NCBI GenBank assembly: GCA_964582195.1
Contig: CAZOQN010000002.1
Coordinates: forward strand, 608,916 to 672,915
Length of the DNA: 64,000 bases
Reading direction: 5' to 3'
From: an uncultured Burkholderiaceae bacterium
GTDB taxonomy: Bacteria > Pseudomonadota > Gammaproteobacteria > Burkholderiales > Burkholderiaceae_A
The notes below the pieces were generated by a model. The model worked only from the letters and a program-made list of their open reading frames with translations, searched no databases and was not told the origin of the DNA. The position numbers were made by a program, and so were the translations under genes. This document shows, in pieces, positions 1 through 9,571 of this stretch (positions within the stretch are counted from its first letter, which is position 1; each line of letters opens with the position of its first letter).

Positions 1-1
1 T

Positions 2-1150
2 TGGCCAGATCTTTGTGGCGCAATTGATAAAGCTGCCTCTGAGCTTCGAATGTTGCTTGCAGGTGGGGTTGGCCAGCGTGTCTCGTGGGATCAGTTGGGC
101 GATGAACGCCAGGGCCGCTGGCATGAAAAGCTTGAAGACCTGCGTTTAAGCCTTGAAGGCATTCAGGCCGTGTTGGAAATTAACGCCCAGCGGCATGTGG
201 AGATTGAACAGCTGCATGTACGCAGCCAAGACCTATTGCGCAGGCTCGCGCATTTCTGTAACCAGGAAAAGGAAAGCCTGGTGGTACGCTGGATGGAAGC
301 CACCAAATACGCTGTGACCTTGCATGTCACACCGTATGAAATTCGTGAAAAGTTTTCGCAGGAAATGGCCAAGCATCAGCGAAGCTGGAGTTTTGTGTCA
401 GCAACGCTTGCTGTAAGCGGATCGTTTAGCCACTTCAACGAGCGCTTGGGCCTTGAAGAGGCAAACACCTTGATTGCACAAAGCCCGTTTCGGTTTCAGG
501 AACAGGGTATTTTGTATGTGCCGCAAAACAGCCCGGACCCAAAATCGCCGCAACTCATGAGGCAGTTGTTGGAGATGCCTGAGGTGAGCGGGCTGATCGA
601 TGAATGCGCAGGCGGCGTATTCTTGTTGTGCACCTCTCACCGCGCGGTGGGCTTGGCAAAGGAGTGGCTTGCGACCTGGGCGATTCGACACCCCGATCGA
701 TTGATTCTGGTTCAAGGCGAGGCGCCGCGTGGCGCATTGATTGAAGATTTTCGAAGCCATGGCCGAGCGGTGCTGGCAGGCAGCCACAGTTTTTGGGAAG
801 GGGTAGATGTTCCGGGGATTGCGCTTTCGATGGTGGTCATTGACAAGCTGCCGTTTGCCCCGCCCGATGACCCAGTGCTTGCTGCGCGGGCGCGCTGGCT
901 TGAACGCCAGGGCCGCGACCCGTTTATGACGCTTCAAGTGCCTGAGGCGGCGTTATTGCTAAAACAGGGCGTGGGCCGCTTAATTCGCAGTGAGAATGAT
1001 CGCGGTGTGGTGGTGATTGGCGATCGCAGGCTTGCCGAGACCGCGTATGGAAGAAAGATCTTGAGAAGCCTTCCGGACTTCAGAAGGACACGTCATGATG
1101 CGGAGGTGAGAGGCTGGATTGGCTCACCCGCTAACGCAGGCTCGCAGTGA
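2..1150 (+). CDS. DinG/YoaA-family ATP-dependent DNA helicase, C-terminal part (5' end outside window)
   Basis: The frame is open from the window edge, with no stop before the first Met at 50. C-terminal SF2 helicase motifs are present: 'VVIDKLPFAPPDDPV' and 'LKQGVGRLIRSENDRGVVVIGDRR'. Confidence 0.8.
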   Translation, partial: WPDLCGAIDKAASELRMLLAGGVGQRVSWDQLGDERQGRWHEKLEDLRLSLEGIQAVLEINAQRHVEIEQLHVRSQDLLRRLAHFCNQEKESLVVRWMEATKYAVTLHVTPYEIREKFSQEMAKHQRSWSFVSATLAVSGSFSHFNERLGLEEANTLIAQSPFRFQEQGILYVPQNSPDPKSPQLMRQLLEMPEVSGLIDECAGGVFLLCTSHRAVGLAKEWLATWAIRHPDRLILVQGEAPRGALIEDFRSHGRAVLAGSHSFWEGVDVPGIALSMVVIDKLPFAPPDDPVLAARARWLERQGRDPFMTLQVPEAALLLKQGVGRLIRSENDRGVVVIGDRRLAETAYGRKILRSLPDFRRTRHDAEVRGWIGSPANAGSQ

Positions 1151-1154
1151 CAAC

Positions 1155-2018
1155 CTACCAAAACTTCAACCGAGAAAGAACGGAAGCCTGGCGGCTCGCA
1201 ATGCCACCCCGAATGTTCGGGTTGTAGGCAGACGTTAAATATGGGCTTTGCGGATAGTTGCTTTGCAAAACACGCCGGGCATCCCTGCTTAATTCTTCAA
1301 GGCCAAGTTTTTCGTAGCCCGCCATCATGATGGCCAGAGCCTCCTCAACTGCCGGTGTATCCTGGTATTGCTTTACAACGGCCTGCGCGCGATTCACCGA
1401 AGCAAGAATTGCGCCGCGCCGCATGTAAAACCTTGCGACATGCACATCATTACTGGCCAGCATATCGAGCAAATACCGCATACGGGCCGAGGCATCGGCT
1501 GCGTACTGGCTTTTCGGAAAGCGCGTAACCAGCTCTTTGAAGGTGTCAAATGCCTCACGCGCTGCTTTCGGGTCACGCTCGGAGAGGTCCTCGCCGGTGT
1601 AGCGCGTAAACAAGCTTGATCGATCGTTAAAGTTGATCAACCCTTTCAGGTACAAAACATAGTCAATGTTTTCGTGGTTAGGGTAGAGCTTTACGAACCG
1701 GTCAATGGCTGCCAACGCCAAAGCGGGCTCTCCCTCTTTCCACCGGGCGTAGGCGATATCGATCTGGGCCTGCTGAGCGAACCGCCCAAAGGGGTAGCGC
1801 GACTCAAGTTTTTCTAGCACCTTGATTGCCGTGGCCCAGTTGCCTGAGGACATCTCGTCTTTGGCGTCTGCGTACAATCGTTCCGCAGACCAGCCCAAGG
1901 TCGGGTCGCGGGCAAGCGGGTCTGTTGCGCATCCGGTGAGGGTAAACGGGAAGACGGCCGAAAGAAGCAGTGCAACAGAAAAAGAAAGTCGTAGAAAAGA
2001 CCGATGAATAGTGATCAT
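1155..2018 (-). CDS. bamD: Outer membrane protein assembly factor BamD (lipoprotein, TPR-like)
   Basis: It has a signal peptide plus lipobox 'LTGC' and BamD/YfiO-like TPR sequence. It sits in the classical divergent arrangement with rluD. Confidence 0.9.
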   Translation of the reverse strand: MITIHRSFLRLSFSVALLLSAVFPFTLTGCATDPLARDPTLGWSAERLYADAKDEMSSGNWATAIKVLEKLESRYPFGRFAQQAQIDIAYARWKEGEPALALAAIDRFVKLYPNHENIDYVLYLKGLINFNDRSSLFTRYTGEDLSERDPKAAREAFDTFKELVTRFPKSQYAADASARMRYLLDMLASNDVHVARFYMRRGAILASVNRAQAVVKQYQDTPAVEEALAIMMAGYEKLGLEELSRDARRVLQSNYPQSPYLTSAYNPNIRGGIASRQASVLSRLKFW

Positions 2019-3038
2019 TTAACGTCGCAGGAGCCCGAAGACTGGAGTGATGATTATAGCGTTGAGGCGATTGAACACTGCATCCCAGCGGAGAACTCGG
2101 GCCAACGGCTTGACCTTTTTCTCGGCCATCTTTTCCCCGGCCTTTCCCGCTCACAGTTGCAAAGATGGGTGGCCGACGGGCATGTGCTCCTGAACGGCAG
2201 AATTTGCAAAGCCTCCCAGACGCTGCGTGCTGGTCAACAGCTCACGGTCTTGCCACCAGAGCCTGCGCCATCGAATGACTGGCAACCTGAAGCCATGGCG
2301 ATCGACATCGTCTTTGAAGACGATCAGATTCTTGTGATCAACAAACCTCCAGGCCTGGTTGTCCACCCAGCTGCAGGCCACGCCAACGGAACGCTGGTCA
2401 ACGGTCTGTTGAGCCACTGCGCCCAGCTTGCGGTGCTTCCCCGGTGCGGGATTGTCCATCGGTTAGACCGAGACACCACTGGCTTGATGGTGGTGGCCAA
2501 GACGGGGCCCGCTCAAGTCAGCCTAGCGGCGCAGCTTGCGGGTCGATCAGTAAGTCGACGCTATTTGGCCCTTGCCTGGGGCGCGCTCGGGCCGCAGAGG
2601 GTTTCAACTCAGATCGGAAGGGATCCGCGTGACCGTCAGCGAATGTCAGTGCTTCCGGAGGGGAAAGGAAAGGCTGCGATCACTGAAATCAAGCCCGTTG
2701 CGCATGGAGCACTGTTCGGCAAAGAGGTGACCCTAGTGCGATGTAGCCTTCAGACGGGTCGAACCCATCAGATTCGGGTGCATTTAGAGCACCTCGGCCA
2801 TTCCATCGTTGGCGATCGAACCTATGTCCGAAAAGCGCCTCCGCCCTCCAAGTTGGGGCAGGGCGCGAAGCAGCTTGAGACCCTTTTACCCGGGCAGGCG
2901 TTGCACGCTTTTTCCCTGAAATTTGACCACCCCAAATCGGGCCAACTTCTGGGGCTTGTGACGCCCCCCCCGGAGAATTTACTTGAACTTTTCGGTATGG
3001 CAGGCATTAAGAAAATAAACGTAAAAACAATTAGTTAA
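2004..3038 (+). CDS. rluD: 23S rRNA pseudouridine synthase RluD
   Basis: An S4-like N-terminus is followed by the RluA-family catalytic motif 'HRLDRDTTGLMVVAKT'. Synteny is bamD/rluD/pgeF. Confidence 0.9.
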   Translation: MNSDHLTSQEPEDWSDDYSVEAIEHCIPAENSGQRLDLFLGHLFPGLSRSQLQRWVADGHVLLNGRICKASQTLRAGQQLTVLPPEPAPSNDWQPEAMAIDIVFEDDQILVINKPPGLVVHPAAGHANGTLVNGLLSHCAQLAVLPRCGIVHRLDRDTTGLMVVAKTGPAQVSLAAQLAGRSVSRRYLALAWGALGPQRVSTQIGRDPRDRQRMSVLPEGKGKAAITEIKPVAHGALFGKEVTLVRCSLQTGRTHQIRVHLEHLGHSIVGDRTYVRKAPPPSKLGQGAKQLETLLPGQALHAFSLKFDHPKSGQLLGLVTPPPENLLELFGMAGIKKINVKTIS

Positions 3039-3853
3039 TGAAACTTTATAATTTTTTTTATGAGGAAAAAACCCCAGGAATATTGCAGATTAAAGGGTTC
3101 TTTCCAATAGAGTTCCTAGGTCTTCAAACGAACCGACAGGGCGGTGACTCAGCCCCCCCCTTTGACTCATTCAATTTGGGCACCCATGTCGGCGATAGCG
3201 ACGAGTCGGTAGCGAAGAACCGTGCCCGCTTGGCGGGATGTCTGCCTGGAGAACCCGCTTGGTTGCAGCAGGTGCACGGGTGTGAGGTAGCGCTTGTTCC
3301 GACCAATGCAAACCAGCTTATCGCCGATGCGTGCGTAACCGCCCGCATCGATCAAATCTGCGCGGTGATGACCGCCGACTGCCTGCCATTGCTCGTTGCC
3401 CGGCCTGCGACTGGGCAATGCGCCGCAATCCACGCGGGCTGGCGAGGGCTAGCGGCTGGTGTCATTGAGAAAACCCTGCAACGGATGCTTGCCGAGGGCC
3501 CAAGAGCCAGTGGAGAGGACATTTGGTACATCTGGCTTGGCCCCGCAATTGGTCAAGATGCTTTTGAGGTGGGTCCAGAGGTGCGCGAAAAATTTGTGCT
3601 GCAGCACCCGATGGCTGCTGCAGCATTTCTGCTGAGCGTCAAGACCCCCGGGCATTTCATGGCGAGCCTGCAGCAGCTTGCTTTGCTGCGCTTGAAAACT
3701 TTTGAGTCATTTAATCCGAGCTTGGAAATTCGAGTTGCGATTGATCAAGACTGCGTATTTCAAAGCACCCAGAGATACTTCTCTTTTCGTCGAGAAGCCA
3801 TAACAGGACGCATGGCGAGCCTTATTTTTCGTAGAATCGGCTCAGAGGCCTAA
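3038..3853 (+). CDS. pgeF: YfiH/PgeF (LACC1/DUF152 family, peptidoglycan editing factor / purine nucleoside phosphorylase-like)
   Basis: The sequence is DUF152-like ('ADACVT', 'VMTADCLPLL', 'HAGWRG'). A TAATG overlap couples it to rluD. Confidence 0.85.
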   Translation: MKLYNFFYEEKTPGILQIKGFFPIEFLGLQTNRQGGDSAPPFDSFNLGTHVGDSDESVAKNRARLAGCLPGEPAWLQQVHGCEVALVPTNANQLIADACVTARIDQICAVMTADCLPLLVARPATGQCAAIHAGWRGLAAGVIEKTLQRMLAEGPRASGEDIWYIWLGPAIGQDAFEVGPEVREKFVLQHPMAAAAFLLSVKTPGHFMASLQQLALLRLKTFESFNPSLEIRVAIDQDCVFQSTQRYFSFRREAITGRMASLIFRRIGSEA

Positions 3854-3862
3854 AAAAGGAGT

Positions 3863-5545
3863 TTGCGAGGGATGGATCAGGCTCAAAACAAGCCGCAGCA
3901 GTCATCGCCAGCGGCCCAAAGTGGTGCACAAGCTGTCGCAGGGATCGTTCCGCCCCTGCCGAAGTTTCCGGTCGCCCAACTTCATCCGGAAACGTTGCAG
4001 CAGATTCAGCAATCCTACATGGAGAAACTCAGCAAGCTGCTGGTTTCAAGAGACGAAACTCGGAAAATTGCAGCGCAAGACCGGCGCTTTGACAGCCCGG
4101 TCTGGCTAGATTCGCCCTTTGTGGGCCTTGCTGCGATGTATGTCTTAAATGCGCAGACCTTAAATGCCATGGCCGATGCGGTTCAGACCGACCGCAAAAC
4201 CCACGCGCGGCTCAAGTTCATGGTGCAACAGTGGATTGATGCTACATCGCCAACCAATTTTATTGCTACGAATCCCGAGGTTCACGAAAAGATGGTGGAG
4301 ACCAGGGGCGAGAGCCTGCGCTCGGGCATTGAAAATCTCGTGACGGATATGCGCAAGGGCCGTATCTCGCAAACCGATGAAACCGCCTTTGAGATTGGCA
4401 AGAATGTTGCTGCAACTCCGGGTGAGGTGGTTTACCGCAACGCAATTTTTGAGCTGATTCAGTACACACCAAGCACAGAAATGGTAGGCGCGGTGCCGCT
4501 GATCATGGTGCCGCCCTGCATCAACAAGTTTTACATTATGGATCTTCAGCCGCACACCTCACTGGTGAAGTTTGCGGTGGACCAGGGCAATACCGTGTTT
4601 TTGGTTTCATGGCGGAATATCACCGATGAAAAGTCCACCCTGCGCTGGGATGACTATATTGAAGACGGTATTTTGGAGGCGCTTGATGTGGTGCTGGACA
4701 TCACGCAACAGCCCAAGACAAATTTGCTGGGGTTTTGCGTGGGCGGCACCATGTCAGCAACGGCCCTTGGCGTTCTTGCCGCGCGCAACCAAGATAGGGT
4801 GAGCTCCTTCACACTGATGACAACGCTTCTCGATTTTTCCGACACTGGCGTGCTTGATGTTTTCATCGATGATCAGCATGTGCACATGCGCGAGCAGCAG
4901 CTTGCTAAAGGCGGTCTGCTGCGAGGCAGCGAATTAGCCAGCACCTTTTCATTTCTGCGGCCCAATGACCTGGTTTGGAACTATGTAGTCAGCAATTATT
5001 TGAAAGGCGAAAAGCCAATGCCTTTTGATTTGCTGTTTTGGAACTCAGACAGCACCAATCTGCCTGGGCCGTTTTTCGCCTGGTATTTGCGCAACATGTA
5101 CCTTGAAAACAACCTGGTGAAGAAAAGCCAGATTACAGTGGCTGGCTGCAAGCTCGATCTTTCGTCGATCATGGTGCCGACCTATGCCATGGGTGCCCGT
5201 GAGGACCATATCGTACCCTGGCAGACCGCCTGGAAATCGCTCACCGCACTCGGTGGCCCGAAGCGTTATGTTTTAGGTGCGAGTGGCCATATCGCTGGCT
5301 CCATTAACCCAGCCTCAAAAAACAAGCGCAGCTATTGGGTCAATGAAGAGATGGGCGAATCGGCGCAAGCCTGGCTTGAGAATGCAAGAGAAATGCCCGG
5401 AAGCTGGTGGAATGACTGGGCACAATGGCTTGCGCAATATGCCGGTGAGCAGCTTCCAGCTCCCACACAATGCGGCTCAGCAACGTACCCGCCAATTGAG
5501 CCTGCGCCTGGCAGTTATGTAAAGGTTCGTCTCAGCACTCATTAA
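3863..5545 (+). CDS. phaC: Class I poly(3-hydroxyalkanoate) synthase PhaC
   Basis: The lipase-box variant 'GFCVGGT' is present, with PhaC-like sequence throughout, and phaB and phaR lie downstream. The track start at 3863 is TTG. The ATG at 3872 with AAGGA about 11 nt upstream is an equally good start. Confidence 0.9.
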   Translation: MRGMDQAQNKPQQSSPAAQSGAQAVAGIVPPLPKFPVAQLHPETLQQIQQSYMEKLSKLLVSRDETRKIAAQDRRFDSPVWLDSPFVGLAAMYVLNAQTLNAMADAVQTDRKTHARLKFMVQQWIDATSPTNFIATNPEVHEKMVETRGESLRSGIENLVTDMRKGRISQTDETAFEIGKNVAATPGEVVYRNAIFELIQYTPSTEMVGAVPLIMVPPCINKFYIMDLQPHTSLVKFAVDQGNTVFLVSWRNITDEKSTLRWDDYIEDGILEALDVVLDITQQPKTNLLGFCVGGTMSATALGVLAARNQDRVSSFTLMTTLLDFSDTGVLDVFIDDQHVHMREQQLAKGGLLRGSELASTFSFLRPNDLVWNYVVSNYLKGEKPMPFDLLFWNSDSTNLPGPFFAWYLRNMYLENNLVKKSQITVAGCKLDLSSIMVPTYAMGAREDHIVPWQTAWKSLTALGGPKRYVLGASGHIAGSINPASKNKRSYWVNEEMGESAQAWLENAREMPGSWWNDWAQWLAQYAGEQLPAPTQCGSATYPPIEPAPGSYVKVRLSTH

Positions 5546-5570
5546 ATTAAAACAATAGGAGGAAGACAGC

Positions 5571-6308
5571 ATGACGCAACGAATTGCATATGTCACAGGG
5601 GGGATGGGTGGTATTGGCACCTCAATTTGCCGACAGTTGCACGACGCGGGCCACAAAGTCATTGCGGGCTGCGGCCCAACGCGGGATGCCCAGAAGTGGC
5701 TCGATGAGCAGAAAAAAGACGGCTACACATTTTATGAATCGGTGGGCAATGTGAGCAGCTGGGATTCGACAGTGGAGGCCTTTGCCAAAGTAAAAGCCGA
5801 GCATGGCAACCCCGACATTTTGGTTAACAACGCAGGCATTACCCGCGATGGCATGTTTATGAAAATGACCCGCGCCCAGTGGGATGAAGTGATGGACACT
5901 AACTTGAACAGTCTGTTCAACGTGACCAAGCAAGTGGTCGAAGGCATGGTGGCCAAAGGCTGGGGCCGTATTGTCAACATCTCCTCCGTAAATGGTCAAA
6001 AAGGCCAATTTGGCCAAACGAATTACTCGACCGCCAAGGCTGGCATTCATGGCTTTACCATGGCGCTTGCCCAAGAGATGGCGGCCAAGGGCGTAACAGT
6101 AAACACCGTTTCACCGGGTTATATTGGTACGGAAATGGTTCGGGCAATCAAGCCTGAAGTGCTGGAAAAAATCGTTGCCACCATTCCCGTAAAGCGCTTA
6201 GGTACGCCCGACGAAATTGGCTCTATTGTTCGCTGGATCGCCTCGGAAGAGGGCGGGTTTGCCACTGGCGCTGATTTTTCGCTTAACGGCGGCTTACACA
6301 TGAGCTGA
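5571..6308 (+). CDS. phaB: Acetoacetyl-CoA reductase PhaB (SDR family)
   Basis: The N-terminus 'AYVTGGMGGIGTSI' (Rossmann) is followed by the SDR catalytic region 'YSTAKAG'. It is adjacent to phaC and has an AGGAGG RBS upstream. Confidence 0.9.
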   Translation: MTQRIAYVTGGMGGIGTSICRQLHDAGHKVIAGCGPTRDAQKWLDEQKKDGYTFYESVGNVSSWDSTVEAFAKVKAEHGNPDILVNNAGITRDGMFMKMTRAQWDEVMDTNLNSLFNVTKQVVEGMVAKGWGRIVNISSVNGQKGQFGQTNYSTAKAGIHGFTMALAQEMAAKGVTVNTVSPGYIGTEMVRAIKPEVLEKIVATIPVKRLGTPDEIGSIVRWIASEEGGFATGADFSLNGGLHMS

Positions 6309-6321
6309 TGGAGAAAACATA

Positions 6322-6885
6322 ATGACAGACAAAACACCTCGCCTCATCAAGAAATATCCCAATCGCAGACTCTACGACACCGAGACCAGCGCATACATCA
6401 CGCTTGCTGATGTGAAGCAGCTGGTGCTAGGTGGTGAGCCTTTTACCGTGATCGATGCAAAAAGCGCAGAAGACCTGACCCGCAGCATTTTGCTTCAAAT
6501 TATTCTGGATGAGGAATCCAGCGGAGCGCCAATGTTTTCGGCAGACATGCTCTCTCAAGTGATTCGCACGTATGGCAACGCCATGCAAGGCATGATGGGC
6601 GAGTACCTTGAGAAGAACATCAAGGCCTTTACTGAGATTCAGCAACAGTTTCAGGAGCAGTCCCGAAAGATGGTCGAAGGCAAGGGTACATTCCCTGCGC
6701 CCGATGCCTGGGCCCAGTTCATGCAGGGACAAACACCCATGATGCAAAACCTTATGACAAGCTACGTTGAGCAAAGCAAGAATGTGTTTTTGCAGATGCA
6801 GGAGCAGATGCAGAAGAATGCTCAGTCGATGTTTCAAGGCTTTCAGTTTCCGGGGGGCGCTGGGGCTGAGAAGAGGGAAGATTAA
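6322..6885 (+). CDS. phaR: Polyhydroxyalkanoate synthesis repressor PhaR
   Basis: It carries the PhaR N-terminal signature 'IKKYPNRRLYDTETSAYITLADV'. Confidence 0.9.
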   Translation: MTDKTPRLIKKYPNRRLYDTETSAYITLADVKQLVLGGEPFTVIDAKSAEDLTRSILLQIILDEESSGAPMFSADMLSQVIRTYGNAMQGMMGEYLEKNIKAFTEIQQQFQEQSRKMVEGKGTFPAPDAWAQFMQGQTPMMQNLMTSYVEQSKNVFLQMQEQMQKNAQSMFQGFQFPGGAGAEKRED

Positions 6886-6918
6886 TACCCCGCTATTGCG
6901 AGCCTAGCAAAGCAATCC

Positions 6919-8277
6919 ATGCCCACCGTAGGTTTTGTCTCCCTCGGCTGCCCGAAGGCTCTTGTCGACTCCGAGCGCATTCTCACAGCGCTGCGCGCCG
7001 AGGGTTATGACATTGCGCCCGATTACGAAGGGGCCGACTTAGTTGTTGTTAATACTTGCGGCTTTATCGATGAGGCGGTTCAAGAAAGCCTCGATGCCAT
7101 CGGCGAGGCCTTAGAGGAAAACGGCAAGGTCATCGTTACGGGCTGCCTGGGCGCAAAAAGCGGCGAGTCGGGCAGTAATCTCATTCAAGAGATCCACCCC
7201 AAGGTCTTGGCGGTTACCGGCCCGCATGCCACGCAAGAAGTGATGCAGGCAATTCACATGCACCTGCCCAAGCCGCACGACCCGTTCCTGGATCTGGTGC
7301 CGGAGCAGGGCATTCGCCTAACTCCAAAGCACTATGCTTATTTAAAGATTTCTGAAGGCTGCAACCACCGTTGTAGTTTTTGCATTATTCCGAGCATGCG
7401 CGGCGATTTGGCCTCACGCCCCATTGGCGAGGTGATGCGCGAGGCTGATAGCCTCGTGAAATCGGGGGTGAAGGAAATCCTGGTGATCTCCCAAGACACC
7501 AGCGCCTACGGCGTTGACCTGAAATACCGCAGCGATTTTGTCGGTGGTAGGCCGGTGAAGACCCGTATGAAGGAATTGTGCGAGGAACTCGGAAAATTGG
7601 GAGTATGGGTGCGTCTGCATTACGTATATCCCTACCCACACGTAGATGAGATCGTGCCGCTCATGGCGCAAGGAAAAATTCTTCCTTATCTCGATGTGCC
7701 GCTTCAGCATTCTCATCCGAATGTTTTAAAGCGCATGAAGCGGCCCGCCAGCGGCGAAAAAAATCTCGAACGCATCGCGGCATGGCGAAGCATCTGCCCC
7801 GAGATCACCATTCGCAGCACTTTTATCGTGGGCTTTCCCGGCGAAACAGAAGAAGAGTTTGAAGACCTGCTGGCATTTTTGACAGAAGCACAGCTTGACC
7901 GGGTGGGCTGCTTTACTTACTCGCCAGTGGAAGGTGCGACTGCAAACGAGCTTGGAAACGCGGTTCCCGAGGAAGTGAAGCTTGAGCGTCAAGAGCGCTT
8001 CATGGCCTTGCAAGAGGAAATTTCCGAGCAAAAGCTTCAACAATGGGTGGGTAAGCGGGTCAGGGTGCTGATTGATGCGCTTGACCCTGAAGAGGGCCAG
8101 TTGATCGGCCGCACCACGGCTGATGCGCCCGAGATCGATGGCGTCGTGCGCATTTCCCCGGATCCAAATTCCAGGCATCCCGTGCCGGTTCAAATCGGCG
8201 ATTTTGCTACAGTGGATATTGTTGGTTCCGATGCGCATGACTTAGACGCAATTTTTATAAGGGAGACATCAGAATGA
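6919..8277 (+). CDS. rimO: Ribosomal protein S12 methylthiotransferase RimO (radical SAM)
   Basis: The MTTase N-terminus '[15 protein letters not shown]' is followed by the radical-SAM motif 'CNHRCSFC' and a C-terminal TRAM-like region. Confidence 0.9.
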   Translation: MPTVGFVSLGCPKALVDSERILTALRAEGYDIAPDYEGADLVVVNTCGFIDEAVQESLDAIGEALEENGKVIVTGCLGAKSGESGSNLIQEIHPKVLAVTGPHATQEVMQAIHMHLPKPHDPFLDLVPEQGIRLTPKHYAYLKISEGCNHRCSFCIIPSMRGDLASRPIGEVMREADSLVKSGVKEILVISQDTSAYGVDLKYRSDFVGGRPVKTRMKELCEELGKLGVWVRLHYVYPYPHVDEIVPLMAQGKILPYLDVPLQHSHPNVLKRMKRPASGEKNLERIAAWRSICPEITIRSTFIVGFPGETEEEFEDLLAFLTEAQLDRVGCFTYSPVEGATANELGNAVPEEVKLERQERFMALQEEISEQKLQQWVGKRVRVLIDALDPEEGQLIGRTTADAPEIDGVVRISPDPNSRHPVPVQIGDFATVDIVGSDAHDLDAIFIRETSE

Positions 8278-9449
8278 GGGAAGTCGTGGTTTTAAGCGCA
8301 GTGCGCTCTGCAATTGGCGGATTCGGTGGCACGCTCTCGGGCTTTGAGCCCAGCGAACTCGGTGGCTTGGTGATGAAAGAGGCAGTGGCACGAGCCAAAG
8401 TAGATGCAAAGGCGATCAACTATGTGGTGGTGGGCAACTGCATCCCAACTGAGAGCCGATCACCCTATGTCTCACGTGTGGCCAGCATTCAAGCGGGCCT
8501 GCCGATGGATTCCGTAGCGTTGACCATCAATCGTCTTTGCGGCTCTGCCCTGCAGGCGGTGGTTTCCAGCGCACAGAATATTTTGTTGGGCGACTCTGAT
8601 TTTGGAATTGGCGGCGGCGTTGAAGTGATGAGCCGTGGCGGCTATCTGAGCACTGCGCTTCGTAACGGAGCCCGCATGGGCGACAGCAAAATGATCGACA
8701 TGATGGTGGCCACACTCACTGACCCGTTTGGCGTTGGCCATATGGGTATTACCGCGGAAAACCTGGCAGCCAAGCACGGCCTCACCCGCGAGATGCAAGA
8801 TGCCTTTGCTTTGGAGTCGCAAAATCGCGCCGCAAAGGCAATCGCCGAGGGCCGATTCAAGGGGCAGATTGTTCCTATTACGATTGCCAGCAAAAAAGGC
8901 GACATCGTGTTCGATACCGATGAGCATCCCCGTGCCACCACCATGGAAAAACTCGGTGCCATGAAGCCTGCGTTTAAAAAGGATGGATCGGTGACCGCCG
9001 GCAATGCCTCGGGAATTAACGATGCGGCCGCGTTTCTCGTGTTAGGCGAAGCGAGCGCTGCTGCAAAGGCGGGTGCAAAGCCACTGGCCCGTGTGGTGAG
9101 CTATGCCGTTGCCGGCGTGCCGAACGACATCATGGGCGAGGGGCCCATTCCCGCGACTCAAATTGCGCTTAAGCGCGCCGGATTAACCCTCGACAAAATC
9201 GATGTGATCGAATCCAACGAAGCGTTTGCGGCGCAGGCGTTAACGGTCACCAAAGTGCTTGGCCTAGATCCGAACAAGGTTAATTTAAACGGCGGGGCCA
9301 TTGCCTTGGGCCACCCCGTGGGCGCAACGGGTGCTGTGATTGCCACCAAGTGCATTCATGAAATGCACCGTGTCAATGCCAAGTACGGCCTGGCCACCAT
9401 GTGTATTGGTGGCGGGCAGGGCATTGCGGTGGTTTTTGAAAAGTTATAA
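8274..9449 (+). CDS. Acetyl-CoA acetyltransferase / beta-ketothiolase (BktB-like)
   Basis: Thiolase motifs are present: '[11 protein letters not shown]', '[11 protein letters not shown]' and '[14 protein letters not shown]'. From memory the overall sequence resembles Cupriavidus BktB. An ATGA overlap couples it to rimO. Confidence 0.9.
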   Translation: MREVVVLSAVRSAIGGFGGTLSGFEPSELGGLVMKEAVARAKVDAKAINYVVVGNCIPTESRSPYVSRVASIQAGLPMDSVALTINRLCGSALQAVVSSAQNILLGDSDFGIGGGVEVMSRGGYLSTALRNGARMGDSKMIDMMVATLTDPFGVGHMGITAENLAAKHGLTREMQDAFALESQNRAAKAIAEGRFKGQIVPITIASKKGDIVFDTDEHPRATTMEKLGAMKPAFKKDGSVTAGNASGINDAAAFLVLGEASAAAKAGAKPLARVVSYAVAGVPNDIMGEGPIPATQIALKRAGLTLDKIDVIESNEAFAAQALTVTKVLGLDPNKVNLNGGAIALGHPVGATGAVIATKCIHEMHRVNAKYGLATMCIGGGQGIAVVFEKL

Positions 9450-9571
9450 GCGTTCGTTAATTCACAAAAGGTTAGAGAGAACACCTGAGGCTCGCAAAGG
9501 TGTCTGGTGTTTCCCTGGTGTTAAACTTCGCCAGTTTTGTATAGCGCCAGCACGCGATAAGGTGATTTCTG

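Noticed and set aside
9450-9571. Weak hairpin ACACCT-N11-AGGTGT after the thiolase gene as a terminator, and candidate promoter for the giant gene
   Set aside because: It has only a 6-bp stem, a large loop and no clean T-run, and I could not place convincing -35/-10 hexamers. This is too weak to report as a feature.
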